A DNA stretch of 64,000 nucleotides from Candidatus Latescibacterota bacterium (GTDB lineage Bacteria > Latescibacterota > UBA2968 > UBA8231). Shown one piece after another: positions 38,191 to 47,343 of this stretch (positions are counted from its first letter, which is position 1; each line of letters begins with the position of its first letter). The notes under the pieces were generated by a model. The model did no database searches and was not told the DNA's origin. It worked only from the letters and a program-made list of their open reading frames with translations. The stretch covers positions 4,416,001 through 4,480,000 of the forward strand of contig CBDETK010000013.1 of assembly GCA_965242865.1 (NCBI GenBank). The letters run 5' to 3'. The position numbers and the translations under genes are program-made.

Positions 38191-38607
38191 CTAGGCCGCG
38201 AGAGACAGCAAGCTATTCAACGTGTCTGTCGTCCGCGTTGAACTCAAAGTTCGGTGTAATCTAGTACGGAATACCTGTTCACTCTGGCAGGGAACCTCAA
38301 CCTGTGCTTCTTCTCCTTCAGCAAGATCATCAGACAGGACGAGTGGATAGTACTCTCTCAGCGGATAGGTCACCGTAACTATATCCAGACGATAGCGATC
38401 CAGCGCCGGAACGGTGACAGCTAACGTCGAGCGAAATCTCCGTGTTCCGAGCCCACTTGTAGCAACCGAAGCCCTGATACGGGGGCCGATTTTTTCGTTC
38501 AGAACACTTGCCTGCTCCTTTAGTATCTGGACGGGCGTCCCCTGCTCACCAATAACTTGGAAATCACCCCAGTAGTCTTGTGTCGGTATCTTGTGTTGAA
38601 TGGCCAT
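38191..38607 (-). CDS. Hypothetical protein, partner of the EEP nuclease
   Basis: 138 aa, strong RBS GAGGAGG, DYWGDF...TPVQILKEQA; lower GC like its neighbour. Confidence 0.75.
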   Translation of the reverse strand: MAIQHKIPTQDYWGDFQVIGEQGTPVQILKEQASVLNEKIGPRIRASVATSGLGTRRFRSTLAVTVPALDRYRLDIVTVTYPLREYYPLVLSDDLAEGEEAQVEVPCQSEQVFRTRLHRTLSSTRTTDTLNSLLSLAA

Positions 38608-38626
38608 CTCAAAATCCTCCTCTTGG

Positions 38627-39451
38627 TCAAGTGATGTTCAGTGAAAGGGCTATCGGCAAGTGATCCGAAAATCGGAGATCGTCTGGTCGGCCGTTGGCTC
38701 GAAGCAAGCTCTCGCCGCCCAGCTCCGTAATGGCGGTTGGCACTTCATCGCCTAGAGCGGGTATTAGGTCTGGCCGTAATAGCACTTGGTCGAATACGTG
38801 CCAGTAGTAACGGACGTAATCTGGCTCTTGGTAGTAGTAAGTTCCTAACGGTGCTTGGCGTCGTCCGTACGCCGTCCACATTGGATTGTAGAAGTACTTG
38901 TACGTTCGACCATCCCGCTGACAGCTAACGCGAGCAGCCACCTCTGGGTCCATGACGGCGTTTAGTGCCTCCAGATGGACGAGCTCTCCATCAAAGGGAT
39001 TTTGGTTGAGATCGCCGACGACGATGGTCCTGTCTGTTCCCGATGCACTTTCTTCTCTGAGAATGTCTTGGCATAGCTGCTGAAACTGTGGGAGGCGATT
39101 GTCCAAGCCCGTATAGCCGATCCTATGCTTTGCTGGCATGTGAACGGCGACTAATACGAGGGGTTCCTCATCGGACAACGCCAGTTGATAAATTGTCCAG
39201 AATTTGGCGTGGTGAAGGGTCTGTACTTGAGCGGCAGAAAACCGGTGATACAGGGATACTCGACGTTGGGGCAGTATCCTATCGCCAGCCAAAAAGTCGC
39301 GGTCGTATTGCCTGAGCTGCGTAAGGATTTCCTCTGTACTATCCGGCATTTCCGCGAGAACTACAATATCTGCTTCCCTTTCCTCGGCCAATAGACCGAC
39401 AGACTCTGCTAGGGATTTTCTCTTTAGATTCCAGAACAGTAGATTCAGCAT
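38627..39451 (-). CDS. Endonuclease/exonuclease/phosphatase (EEP, DNase I-like) family protein
   Basis: FWN, VLAE, AVH, VGDLNQNP, GTYYY, FDQVLL, SDHLPI catalytic set. Confidence 0.87.
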   Translation of the reverse strand: MLNLLFWNLKRKSLAESVGLLAEEREADIVVLAEMPDSTEEILTQLRQYDRDFLAGDRILPQRRVSLYHRFSAAQVQTLHHAKFWTIYQLALSDEEPLVLVAVHMPAKHRIGYTGLDNRLPQFQQLCQDILREESASGTDRTIVVGDLNQNPFDGELVHLEALNAVMDPEVAARVSCQRDGRTYKYFYNPMWTAYGRRQAPLGTYYYQEPDYVRYYWHVFDQVLLRPDLIPALGDEVPTAITELGGESLLRANGRPDDLRFSDHLPIALSLNIT

Positions 39452-39507
39452 CCTAAGCCCTTTAGAGTACCTTAAAACGGGCACTATACTGCGTCAAATC
39501 CGTCTCG

Positions 39508-41955
39508 TCAAAAGGCGCGGAGTGCCGCTGGCCACACTTCGGAGGGAACGGGTGGGCGGGGGTGGCTCGCAGGTGACGCAGAATTTTCGGGGTACGTGCT
39601 GAGGAACGCGAAAGCGGCGAACCAACACAGGGCCACTAAGAGCAGGAGACCGAAAGCGCGGCCGAGCGAGCCTGTCGGCGCAGCAGCGCTGACGCCCTCG
39701 GCGGGGATTCGGCTGCTGCTTAAAAAGAGGGCCGCACCAGCCAAAACATAAATGGCGGCCCCTACTTCGAGCACCCCGCGGATGCTCCACTCCATGCCCA
39801 ACGCCACGGCCCCGACCGAGCCGAGCACCGAGAAGAAACCATTGACGGCCCACAGCCAAGGGACGAGCCCTGCCTGTTGCATCCCGCCTAAGCGCAGACA
39901 GGCCGGAAAGCAAGTGCCCAGCAACATGCCGAGCGGCGCGACGAGGGCCAACGTCAGCCCCACCCGCGCCGGTAAGGACCACGCCAAGGCCCCATCGAGT
40001 GCCCCGTCGAGCAAGAACCCGTAGAGATAGCAAACGAGCCCGACGCCTGCGCCGACCAACCCCAACCCCCGAGGGTGGGCGAGCGTGCGGCACCATCCGC
40101 CCGCGAGGCTCCCGGCCCCCGTGCCCAGCAACAGCCCGAAGAGCGCGACCGCCAGCGTTAGCGTCGGGTGGCCGAGAAATAGGCCAAAGCGCTGCAAAAG
40201 GTGGATCTCTACCATCATAAAGCCCGCGCCCAACCCGGCCGCGAACAACGCCCACACCAGCGGCGGTGGCCCGGCCGCGCTCGGCTGGCGCGTCTTAGGC
40301 AGCGGCACCAGCATCACCAGCACACACGCCACCAACGCGCCGACTAATAGCCGGGTCAGCTTGGAATCCAGCCCGCGCGTCGCGTCGTAAAAGAAGGGGC
40401 GGTCGTCGGTCGTCGGCGAAATATCGAGCGCGGCCGCGGCGACAAAGTCGGCCAGCGTGGTCTCGCGCAAGGCCGCCAGCGCGGGCGGCTCGCGCCGGCC
40501 GGGCGAGAAGTACGCGTCTAGCCCCAGCTCGGCCATGACCGCGTGTAGCCGCGCCAACTGCTCGGCGGTGTAGGGCTGCTTTTGCACCAGCAGCAAGGGG
40601 CGGTGGGCCTTCGGTCGGGCCGGGTCGCCGCGGGTGCCATTGACGACGACGAGGTGGTCGAGGACCGCGCTCGGCTCGTGGCCGCGCTGCTCCCACAGCG
40701 AGCCTACGGTGGCGACCACGCGCAACATCAGCGCGTGATTGTGAACCACCAGGGCCAACCGACCGCCTGCGGTCAGGCGATCGAGATAGGCGGCAAACGC
40801 CTCGCGGGTGAACAGGTAGTTCTCGGAGAGGGCGTACCCCACCAAGTCGGCTGCCTCGGCATACACCAAGGGCAGGGCGATTAGATCGTAGCGCGTGCGG
40901 GAACGCTCCAGATAGTTGCGGCCATCGCCGATGTGCCACGCCACGCCCTCCAAGTCGTACAAATGGCCGTTGTACTCGCCGTACGAGCGGACCAGCGCGG
41001 CGATCTCTGGGTTGATCTCCACGGCTTCAATTTGCCGCCAGCCGGTCATCAGCGCGTAGAGCACATCGGCCCCGCCGCCCGGCCCGATGATCAGGGCGCG
41101 CTCGCGCGGCGAAAAGTAATAGGGGAAAAACGCGGCCTCGCGGCGCAAGAAAAACAGCCGCCGGTAATCCCCGGGGAAGCGGAACATGTACGAGCCAGCC
41201 CCGCCATCTACGTACAAATTCAGGCCGGTGTCGCCGGTGCGATCTACGAGGTCGGTGCGCGCATAAGCGCTCCAGCGCGTGGCCTGTACTTCCCCGCGCA
41301 GGCGCGCCGCGCCCAACGCCCGGAACATCGGCTTGTCCGCGGCCTCGGCCAGCGCGTCCAGCGCGACCAATTCGCGTTGTTGGGTGCTGAAGGCGACGAC
41401 CCCGGTCGCTAAAACAAGGGGGCCGGTCCACGCCCAGCGGTTAAAAAAAAGGGCCGCGGCCGCCGTGGCGAAGACGCTCGCGCCCAATAGGGTGCCGACG
41501 CCGCCCAACCATTTGAGGGCCGCCACGGCGTAGAGGATGCCGAGGGCCGCGCCGACCAAGTCCCAAAAGTAGAGGATTTGGCTTTGTTGGTGCCGCGCCC
41601 GGAAGGCGAGGGCGAGAAACGCGCCCGCGGCAATGAAGGGAAGGCCGGCGCAGACGACCATCAGCGGCAGCGGCATGCGAGGGAATTGGGCTAAGGCAAC
41701 CGCGCCCCAGCCCATGCTGACGCCGCCGCCGACCGCCCAACAGCCCAAGTGCCGGTGCAACCGCTCTTCGCGCACGTCCAGCACCGCACTCAGCGCAGCG
41801 CCCAGCCCCACGCCGCAGATCGCGCCTGAGACCACTAGAAACGTGTAGTGGTAGTGCTGCAAAAAGGAAACCAGCCGGACGAGGCCGATCTCATAGCCGA
41901 TGACGGCCGCGGCCACCAGCCCCACCCCGAGTGGGAGCCGCCGCTCAGTGGTCAC
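39508..41955 (-). CDS. Membrane-embedded spermidine-synthase-like SAM-binding protein (TM-methyltransferase-TM)
   Basis: YFWDLVGAALG, IIGPGGGADV, VEINP, GDGRNYL, YLFTREAF, TTDDRPFF, WAVNGFFSV; GTG start overlaps the upstream stop. Confidence 0.85.
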   Translation of the reverse strand: MTTERRLPLGVGLVAAAVIGYEIGLVRLVSFLQHYHYTFLVVSGAICGVGLGAALSAVLDVREERLHRHLGCWAVGGGVSMGWGAVALAQFPRMPLPLMVVCAGLPFIAAGAFLALAFRARHQQSQILYFWDLVGAALGILYAVAALKWLGGVGTLLGASVFATAAAALFFNRWAWTGPLVLATGVVAFSTQQRELVALDALAEAADKPMFRALGAARLRGEVQATRWSAYARTDLVDRTGDTGLNLYVDGGAGSYMFRFPGDYRRLFFLRREAAFFPYYFSPRERALIIGPGGGADVLYALMTGWRQIEAVEINPEIAALVRSYGEYNGHLYDLEGVAWHIGDGRNYLERSRTRYDLIALPLVYAEAADLVGYALSENYLFTREAFAAYLDRLTAGGRLALVVHNHALMLRVVATVGSLWEQRGHEPSAVLDHLVVVNGTRGDPARPKAHRPLLLVQKQPYTAEQLARLHAVMAELGLDAYFSPGRREPPALAALRETTLADFVAAAALDISPTTDDRPFFYDATRGLDSKLTRLLVGALVACVLVMLVPLPKTRQPSAAGPPPLVWALFAAGLGAGFMMVEIHLLQRFGLFLGHPTLTLAVALFGLLLGTGAGSLAGGWCRTLAHPRGLGLVGAGVGLVCYLYGFLLDGALDGALAWSLPARVGLTLALVAPLGMLLGTCFPACLRLGGMQQAGLVPWLWAVNGFFSVLGSVGAVALGMEWSIRGVLEVGAAIYVLAGAALFLSSSRIPAEGVSAAAPTGSLGRAFGLLLLVALCWFAAFAFLSTYPENSASPASHPRPPVPSEVWPAALRAF

Positions 41956-44900
41956 CTTGGGCCTCGCGCCGCCGCAACTCGACGAGCATCTGCCGTGCCT
42001 TGCGGTGTTCAGGGTCGGCTGCAACCGCCCGGGCAAACGCGGCTATAGCGCGGTTCGGCTCGCCGGCCAACAGGTGCGCGTTGCCCAAATTGTAGTGAGC
42101 GCGGGCGTAGTCGGGATCGCGTCGCAAGACCTCTTGGTACGCGGCCATGGCCTGCCCTACGGCTCGCTGGCGAAGGTAGATGTTGCCCAAGTTGTTGCGG
42201 GCGTCGAGATGCCCCGGCGCCACGGTCAAGGCCGCTTGGTACGCTTGGCGGGCGGCCTCGTAGCGGCCCAGGCGCGCATAGACCACCCCCAATTTGTAGT
42301 ACGCGTCCGCGTCGTTGGGGTTGAGCACCGCGGCCGTTTTGTGGGCCAGCAACGGTTGGTGCTCCTGCTGCAAGGCGTGGAAATAGTCGAGGAGTTTGCG
42401 GCCGCGCACCGGCTCGCCGCGCCGCAACAGGGCTTGGCCCAAGTGGTAGTACACTTCCGAGCGGTCCGGGTCGGCCGCCAAGGCCCGCTGCAACAGGGGG
42501 ATGGCCTCGGCGTCTAGGTTCTCCTGCAAGAGCAGGATGCCCAGCCGCCCCAAGAGCGCGGCGCTGTTCGGGGCGTGCTCCAGCCCCTGTTGCAATGCGG
42601 CGCGGGCCGCGGCCGCGTCGGAGCGCGCCATCCAGATCTGGGCCGTCAGCTCGTGCGCTTCCGCACGCGCCGGCTGCGCTTGCACCACGCTGGCGAGCTG
42701 GGCGAGGGCGTCTTCGTATTGCGCTTGGGCAAAGTAAATCCGCGCCAGTTGCAGCATGAGCTCTACTTCTCCGGGCCGCGCCGCCAAGCCCCGGCGCAAA
42801 ACCGCAATGGCCGGGCCGTAATCGGTCTGCCGCGCATGCAGGCCAGCCAAGTTGAAATAGGCTTGGAGGTAGCCCGGCGCCAGCGCGATGGCGCGCTCGT
42901 AGAGCGGCACGGCCGCGGCCAACCGCTGTTGGCGCAGGTGGATGTTGCCCAGCAGGTAATGCGGCTCGGCCAAGGTGCTATCGAGCGCAATGGCCTGCCT
43001 GAGCGCGGCAACCGCCTGCTCGAGCGCACCGCGGTCCGCGTAGAGCCGGCCCAAGCCCACGTACGCTGGGGCCGCGCCCGCGTCGAGCTGTACGGCGCGG
43101 CGATACTGGGCTTCGGCTTCGTCGTACGCACGCTCGCGCCCGAGCGCGGTCGCCAGCTCGATGTGGACCGCGGCGACCTCCGGCTGAGCGCGGGCGGCCG
43201 CGCGCAACTCGGATAAGGGGGCCAGCGGTGGCAGGGGTGCCCGCGTCTTCTCCGGCAAAACCAAGGGGGCTTGCCGCCAGAACTGCTCCAGTTCCTCGGC
43301 ATCGCGCCCTTGGGGGCCAGCCGGCGCGAGGGGGGCGTCCGCCACCGCTGGCGGTGCGCCTGCATCCGGCTCGACGACCCGCAGCACCTGCCCGGCGCGC
43401 ACATCCGTCAAAACTTGACGCCGCCCCGAAGGCCACGCGATTGCCACTTGATCGGCCTTGGTCTTCGTCCCCAGCCCAAAGAACAACCGCGCATCGTTTT
43501 GCGACAAATAGCTCGCCGCGCTGCGCTTTTCCGCCACCAGCGTCCGGCCGCCCACGCGCACCGCCACGCGCGCTCCGTAGCCATCGCGGTTACTCGCCCG
43601 CCCCTCTAGGGCCAGTGCCAAGTAGCGGCCGGCTGGGGTGTCGTTGCGCCACAGCAGGGCGCGTTGCCCGGTGTTGATCAAGAAAATGTCCAAGTCGCCG
43701 TCGTTGTCGTAATCGGCCACGGCCGAGCCGCGCCCGACCAAATCCCGCGTGGGCGCGGCCACGCCGGCCGCTGCACTCGCATCGACAAAGCGGCCTTGGC
43801 CATCGTTGAGGTACAACTGATCGCTCTGGCCGTAGGTGGCCTGTGGATCAAATCGGTTGATGTCTTCGTCGATGTGGCCATTGGCCACGTATAGATCGGG
43901 GTCGCCGTCGTTGTCCGCGTCGAGGAAATTGATGCCAAAGGCCAGCTTGTCCAAGCTGGTGGCCGCTAGGCCCGCGGCCAGCGATTCGTCGGCAAACATG
44001 CCGTCGCCGGCATTGTGGTACAAGGTGTTGCTCTCCCACTGGAAATTGGTCATCGCCAAGTCGAGGAGCCCATCGCCATCGCGGTCGGCCACATCCACGC
44101 CCATCGTCCCTTCGGGCTTGCCGCCGGCATTGTACGCCACGCCCGCCACCAGCCCCACTTCGGCAAAGCGACCTCCGTCGTTGCGCCAGAGAAAATTCGG
44201 GGTGGCGTCGTTGCCTTGAAACAAATCGGGATCGCCGTCGAGATCGTAATCGACAAACACCGCGCCCAACTCGCGGCCTTGGTGCGTGAGCAGCCCGGCC
44301 GCGGCCGTCACATCCACAAAGCGACCGCCATCGTTGCGCCAGAGCGCGTTTTGCTCGCCCGGGTATTCGGTGGGGGCCAAGTGCCGCCGCGGCCAGCGCA
44401 GGGTTCCGCCCGCGCCCAGCTCGCCGCGCTCAAATTCGTAGCGCAGGTAGTTGGCCACGTACAGGTCTAAATCGCCGTCGAGGTCGTAATCGACAAACGA
44501 CGATCCGGTCGACCACCGCTCGTCTGCCCCGATCCCCACGGCGACCGTCACGTCCGCAAAGGCCCAACCCCGCGCCGGTCCTTCGTTGCGATAGAGCCGG
44601 TTGCGGCCAAAGTTGGCCGCGAAGAGGTCTGCGTCGCCGTCGTTGTCGTAGTCCCCGGCCGACGCGCCCATGCCGTAGCTGGTGTCCGCCACCCCGAGGC
44701 TTGCGCCGACCTCGGCAAAGCGGCCCCCGTCGTTGCGGTACAGCGCGTTTTGCGGCAGCACGGCCGAGACGTACCCGGGCAAATCCGCCCCATTGACCGC
44801 GTACAAATCCATCCACCCGTCGCGGTTGTAATCGAAAAACGCCGCGCCCGACCCAATCGTCTCCACCCCGTATTTGCGCCCGGACCGACCGCTGGTATGC

Positions 44901-45025
44901 ACAAAGTCGATCCCGGCAGCCGCGGTCGCATCGACAAAGCGCACACTCGGCTCAGGCGGCGGCTCGCTCGCCGCGCAGCCGCAGAATAAGACGACGAGGC
45001 ACCTTGAGAGTTTATTTGGAATCAT
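41945..45025 (-). CDS. CRTAC1/ASPIC-UnbV domain fused to a long C-terminal TPR array, probable lipoprotein
   Basis: FG-GAP-like DYDNDGD repeats, SYLSQNDARLFFGLG, WPSG, Pro/Ala linker, more than 10 TPRs; signal VVLFCGC. Confidence 0.88.
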   Translation of the reverse strand: MIPNKLSRCLVVLFCGCAASEPPPEPSVRFVDATAAAGIDFVHTSGRSGRKYGVETIGSGAAFFDYNRDGWMDLYAVNGADLPGYVSAVLPQNALYRNDGGRFAEVGASLGVADTSYGMGASAGDYDNDGDADLFAANFGRNRLYRNEGPARGWAFADVTVAVGIGADERWSTGSSFVDYDLDGDLDLYVANYLRYEFERGELGAGGTLRWPRRHLAPTEYPGEQNALWRNDGGRFVDVTAAAGLLTHQGRELGAVFVDYDLDGDPDLFQGNDATPNFLWRNDGGRFAEVGLVAGVAYNAGGKPEGTMGVDVADRDGDGLLDLAMTNFQWESNTLYHNAGDGMFADESLAAGLAATSLDKLAFGINFLDADNDGDPDLYVANGHIDEDINRFDPQATYGQSDQLYLNDGQGRFVDASAAAGVAAPTRDLVGRGSAVADYDNDGDLDIFLINTGQRALLWRNDTPAGRYLALALEGRASNRDGYGARVAVRVGGRTLVAEKRSAASYLSQNDARLFFGLGTKTKADQVAIAWPSGRRQVLTDVRAGQVLRVVEPDAGAPPAVADAPLAPAGPQGRDAEELEQFWRQAPLVLPEKTRAPLPPLAPLSELRAAARAQPEVAAVHIELATALGRERAYDEAEAQYRRAVQLDAGAAPAYVGLGRLYADRGALEQAVAALRQAIALDSTLAEPHYLLGNIHLRQQRLAAAVPLYERAIALAPGYLQAYFNLAGLHARQTDYGPAIAVLRRGLAARPGEVELMLQLARIYFAQAQYEDALAQLASVVQAQPARAEAHELTAQIWMARSDAAAARAALQQGLEHAPNSAALLGRLGILLLQENLDAEAIPLLQRALAADPDRSEVYYHLGQALLRRGEPVRGRKLLDYFHALQQEHQPLLAHKTAAVLNPNDADAYYKLGVVYARLGRYEAARQAYQAALTVAPGHLDARNNLGNIYLRQRAVGQAMAAYQEVLRRDPDYARAHYNLGNAHLLAGEPNRAIAAFARAVAADPEHRKARQMLVELRRREAQGDH

Positions 45026-45205
45026 CACCACTTTGATACGGAATGATCACAGTTCTAAAGGATCGAGGGCGGGACGCCCTCCGGACGCAGCGGGAACCGC
45101 AGAGAAGGCGGACGCAAAGTAAGGATCGCGTATAGTTAGCACTTAGCAAATTTACATGGCCCTAATATATTTATTGAATAGCTAAAATTTCTCTAGGAGG
45201 CCTTC

Positions 45206-46840
45206 TTGCCGCGTCTTTTTCTCTTATCGCCCACTGCTTTACTCCTCGCCTGCACCGCCCCCGAACCCCCGTCCAACCCAGCCGCACTCGCCCGCGTCGG
45301 CGACGTCGTCATCACCCGCGACCGCGTCGAGCGCGCAGCCGTGCGGCTCTTTCCCAAGAACGCCCCGGGCGACCTCCAGCGCCAAGCACTTGAGCAGCTC
45401 ATCAACGTCGAAGTCTTGCTGTTGGCGGCCCGTCAAGACGGCCTAGACAACGACTTCCAAGTCAGGAGCAAGGTCGCGCAACGGGAACAAGAACTCATCC
45501 TTGACGAAATGTATCGGCGCGGCGTGGTCGCGGCCGCCGAGGACATCAGCCGGAACGAGGCCCGCCAGTACTTTGAGCAGCACCGCATCGGCCAGCAACG
45601 CCGCATAAGTCGCATTCTCGCCAGCGGGCCAGCCGCCATCGACCGCGTCCTCGCTCGCCTGCGGACGGCCGACAGCTTTGCCGCCGTAGCGGGCGAACTC
45701 TCGGACGACGGCAACACCGCCCAGCAGGGCGGCGACCTCGGCTGGAAGAGCCGCCTCGACTTCAAAAACTACATTCTGCGTCGCCAGATATTTGGCGCCC
45801 AATTAGGCGAGATCATCGGGCCCGTGCAGGAGCCCGATGGCTTCTCGGTCTTCGTGGTCACCGACGAGCGCGAAAGGCCCTTTGCGGACATGGCCCCGGC
45901 CGTCATCAAGACCATGCAGGAGCAAAAACACGCCATCGCCACGTTTGAGTTCCTTGAAGGGCTGGCCAACCGCGCCGACTTGGTGGAACGGCGCGAGACC
46001 TTTGAGCTGCTCTTGGCCCGGCTCAGCCAAGCCGGCCAAGCCATGCCCACGTTCAAAAAGGAAGAGACCGAATTAGTGCTGCTCGAACTCGACGGGGCAC
46101 CGTGGACGCTGGAGAACTTCATGGCGGCCATGACCAGCGAGCGCAACCCAGCCGAGATCCGCGAATTGGACGACTTGCGGCGCTTTGCCCGGCGCCTGTA
46201 TGCCCTCAAAGTTCTGTTGCCGCGCTACGCCCGCGAAATAGGCATTCGCGAAGCCGAGCGCGTCGCCAAGGGGATTGAAACCACGCGCCGCCAAGCCCTC
46301 GTCGAGCGCATCCGCCAAGTCCGCGTGCTCGAAACGCTCAACCCGTCCAAGGAGGACATTCGCGCGTATTACGAGGCGAATCGGGAGCTCTACGTGCGCG
46401 AGGAGCGCATCTCGATCCTCGAAATCCTCGTCGATACCCGCACGCAGGCCGACTCGCTGCTGGCCGCCATTGAACGCGGCGGCGAGCTCGGGGAACTGGC
46501 CCGCCGCTACTCGCGGCGCAGCACCCGCATCCGCCGGGCCGAAGGACGCATCCAGCTTTTGCGCCCGGACAAGTACGGCAATATAGGGTGGGAAGCCAAA
46601 GACGCCGCGGTCGGCCAGATCGTCGGCCCGGTCAAGACCGCGCAGGGCTTTGCGGTCTTCAAGGTGCTCAAGAAAGTGCCCCGTCGCCAGCAGAGCTTGG
46701 ACGAGGTGTGGGGCCGGGTGCGCTCCCACCTGCTTCAAGATCAGGCCCGGGAACGCTTCGATGCGTTGCTAGTCAAACTCAACGCTCAGTACGCCGACCA
46801 GATTCACATCTACGAGGACCGCCTGTACAAAGGGGCTTGA
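45206..46840 (+). CDS. SurA/PrsA-like lipoprotein with two PpiC rotamase domains
   Basis: RBS AGGAGG + TTG, lipobox LLAC, SFAAVAGELSDD, GGDLGW, GPV...GF, second domain LARRYS...GPVKTAQGF. Confidence 0.85.
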   Translation: MPRLFLLSPTALLLACTAPEPPSNPAALARVGDVVITRDRVERAAVRLFPKNAPGDLQRQALEQLINVEVLLLAARQDGLDNDFQVRSKVAQREQELILDEMYRRGVVAAAEDISRNEARQYFEQHRIGQQRRISRILASGPAAIDRVLARLRTADSFAAVAGELSDDGNTAQQGGDLGWKSRLDFKNYILRRQIFGAQLGEIIGPVQEPDGFSVFVVTDERERPFADMAPAVIKTMQEQKHAIATFEFLEGLANRADLVERRETFELLLARLSQAGQAMPTFKKEETELVLLELDGAPWTLENFMAAMTSERNPAEIRELDDLRRFARRLYALKVLLPRYAREIGIREAERVAKGIETTRRQALVERIRQVRVLETLNPSKEDIRAYYEANRELYVREERISILEILVDTRTQADSLLAAIERGGELGELARRYSRRSTRIRRAEGRIQLLRPDKYGNIGWEAKDAAVGQIVGPVKTAQGFAVFKVLKKVPRRQQSLDEVWGRVRSHLLQDQARERFDALLVKLNAQYADQIHIYEDRLYKGA

Positions 46841-46861
46841 GCAAACGCGGCGAGGCCGCTT

Positions 46862-47341
46862 TTACTGATAAAGATCGTCCCCGTCAAACCGCATCTTTCC
46901 CTTGGATGCCTCTCCGAAGTACCGTTCGACCTTCTCTCGCGAGCGCGGAAAATACCGACTCAACTCTTCCACTACCGCTTGCACCTTCTCCATGTCTTCG
47001 CCCATATCGAGCAAGAGCCGGGCGTACAAAAAGAGCAACTGGGCGTTGCGGCGATCTACGGCCATGGCCTGCTCTAAGTGCGCCCGCGCCTCCTCCAACA
47101 GCCCCTCCTCGGCTAGGGCTGTCCCCATCAGCAGATTGGCTTCGGCCCCCTCTGGATACAGCGCGAGCAACACCTGCGCCAACTCCCGCAGGGATGTGCC
47201 TTTGAGCTGGGGCTGCCCCCGGGCGTGCATGCGCGGCAAAAGGTGCCCGTACTCGGCCGTGCGCTGCCGTTCAAAAAAGGCGAGCCCCGCGCCGACCACC
47301 ACCACGACCAAGAGCAATTTGAGCGAGCGCACGTATCGCAT
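46862..47341 (-). CDS. Small membrane-anchored TPR protein
   Basis: N-terminal hydrophobic helix, ANLLMGTALAEEGLLEEARAHLEQA TPR; ATG 2 nt after the peroxidase stop. Confidence 0.7.
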   Translation of the reverse strand: MRYVRSLKLLLVVVVVGAGLAFFERQRTAEYGHLLPRMHARGQPQLKGTSLRELAQVLLALYPEGAEANLLMGTALAEEGLLEEARAHLEQAMAVDRRNAQLLFLYARLLLDMGEDMEKVQAVVEELSRYFPRSREKVERYFGEASKGKMRFDGDDLYQ

Positions 47342-47343
47342 TT

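Noticed and set aside
36950-39500. Accessory patch as a prophage or IS element
   Set aside because: No integrase, transposase, terminal inverted repeats or att-like direct repeats were found by eye.
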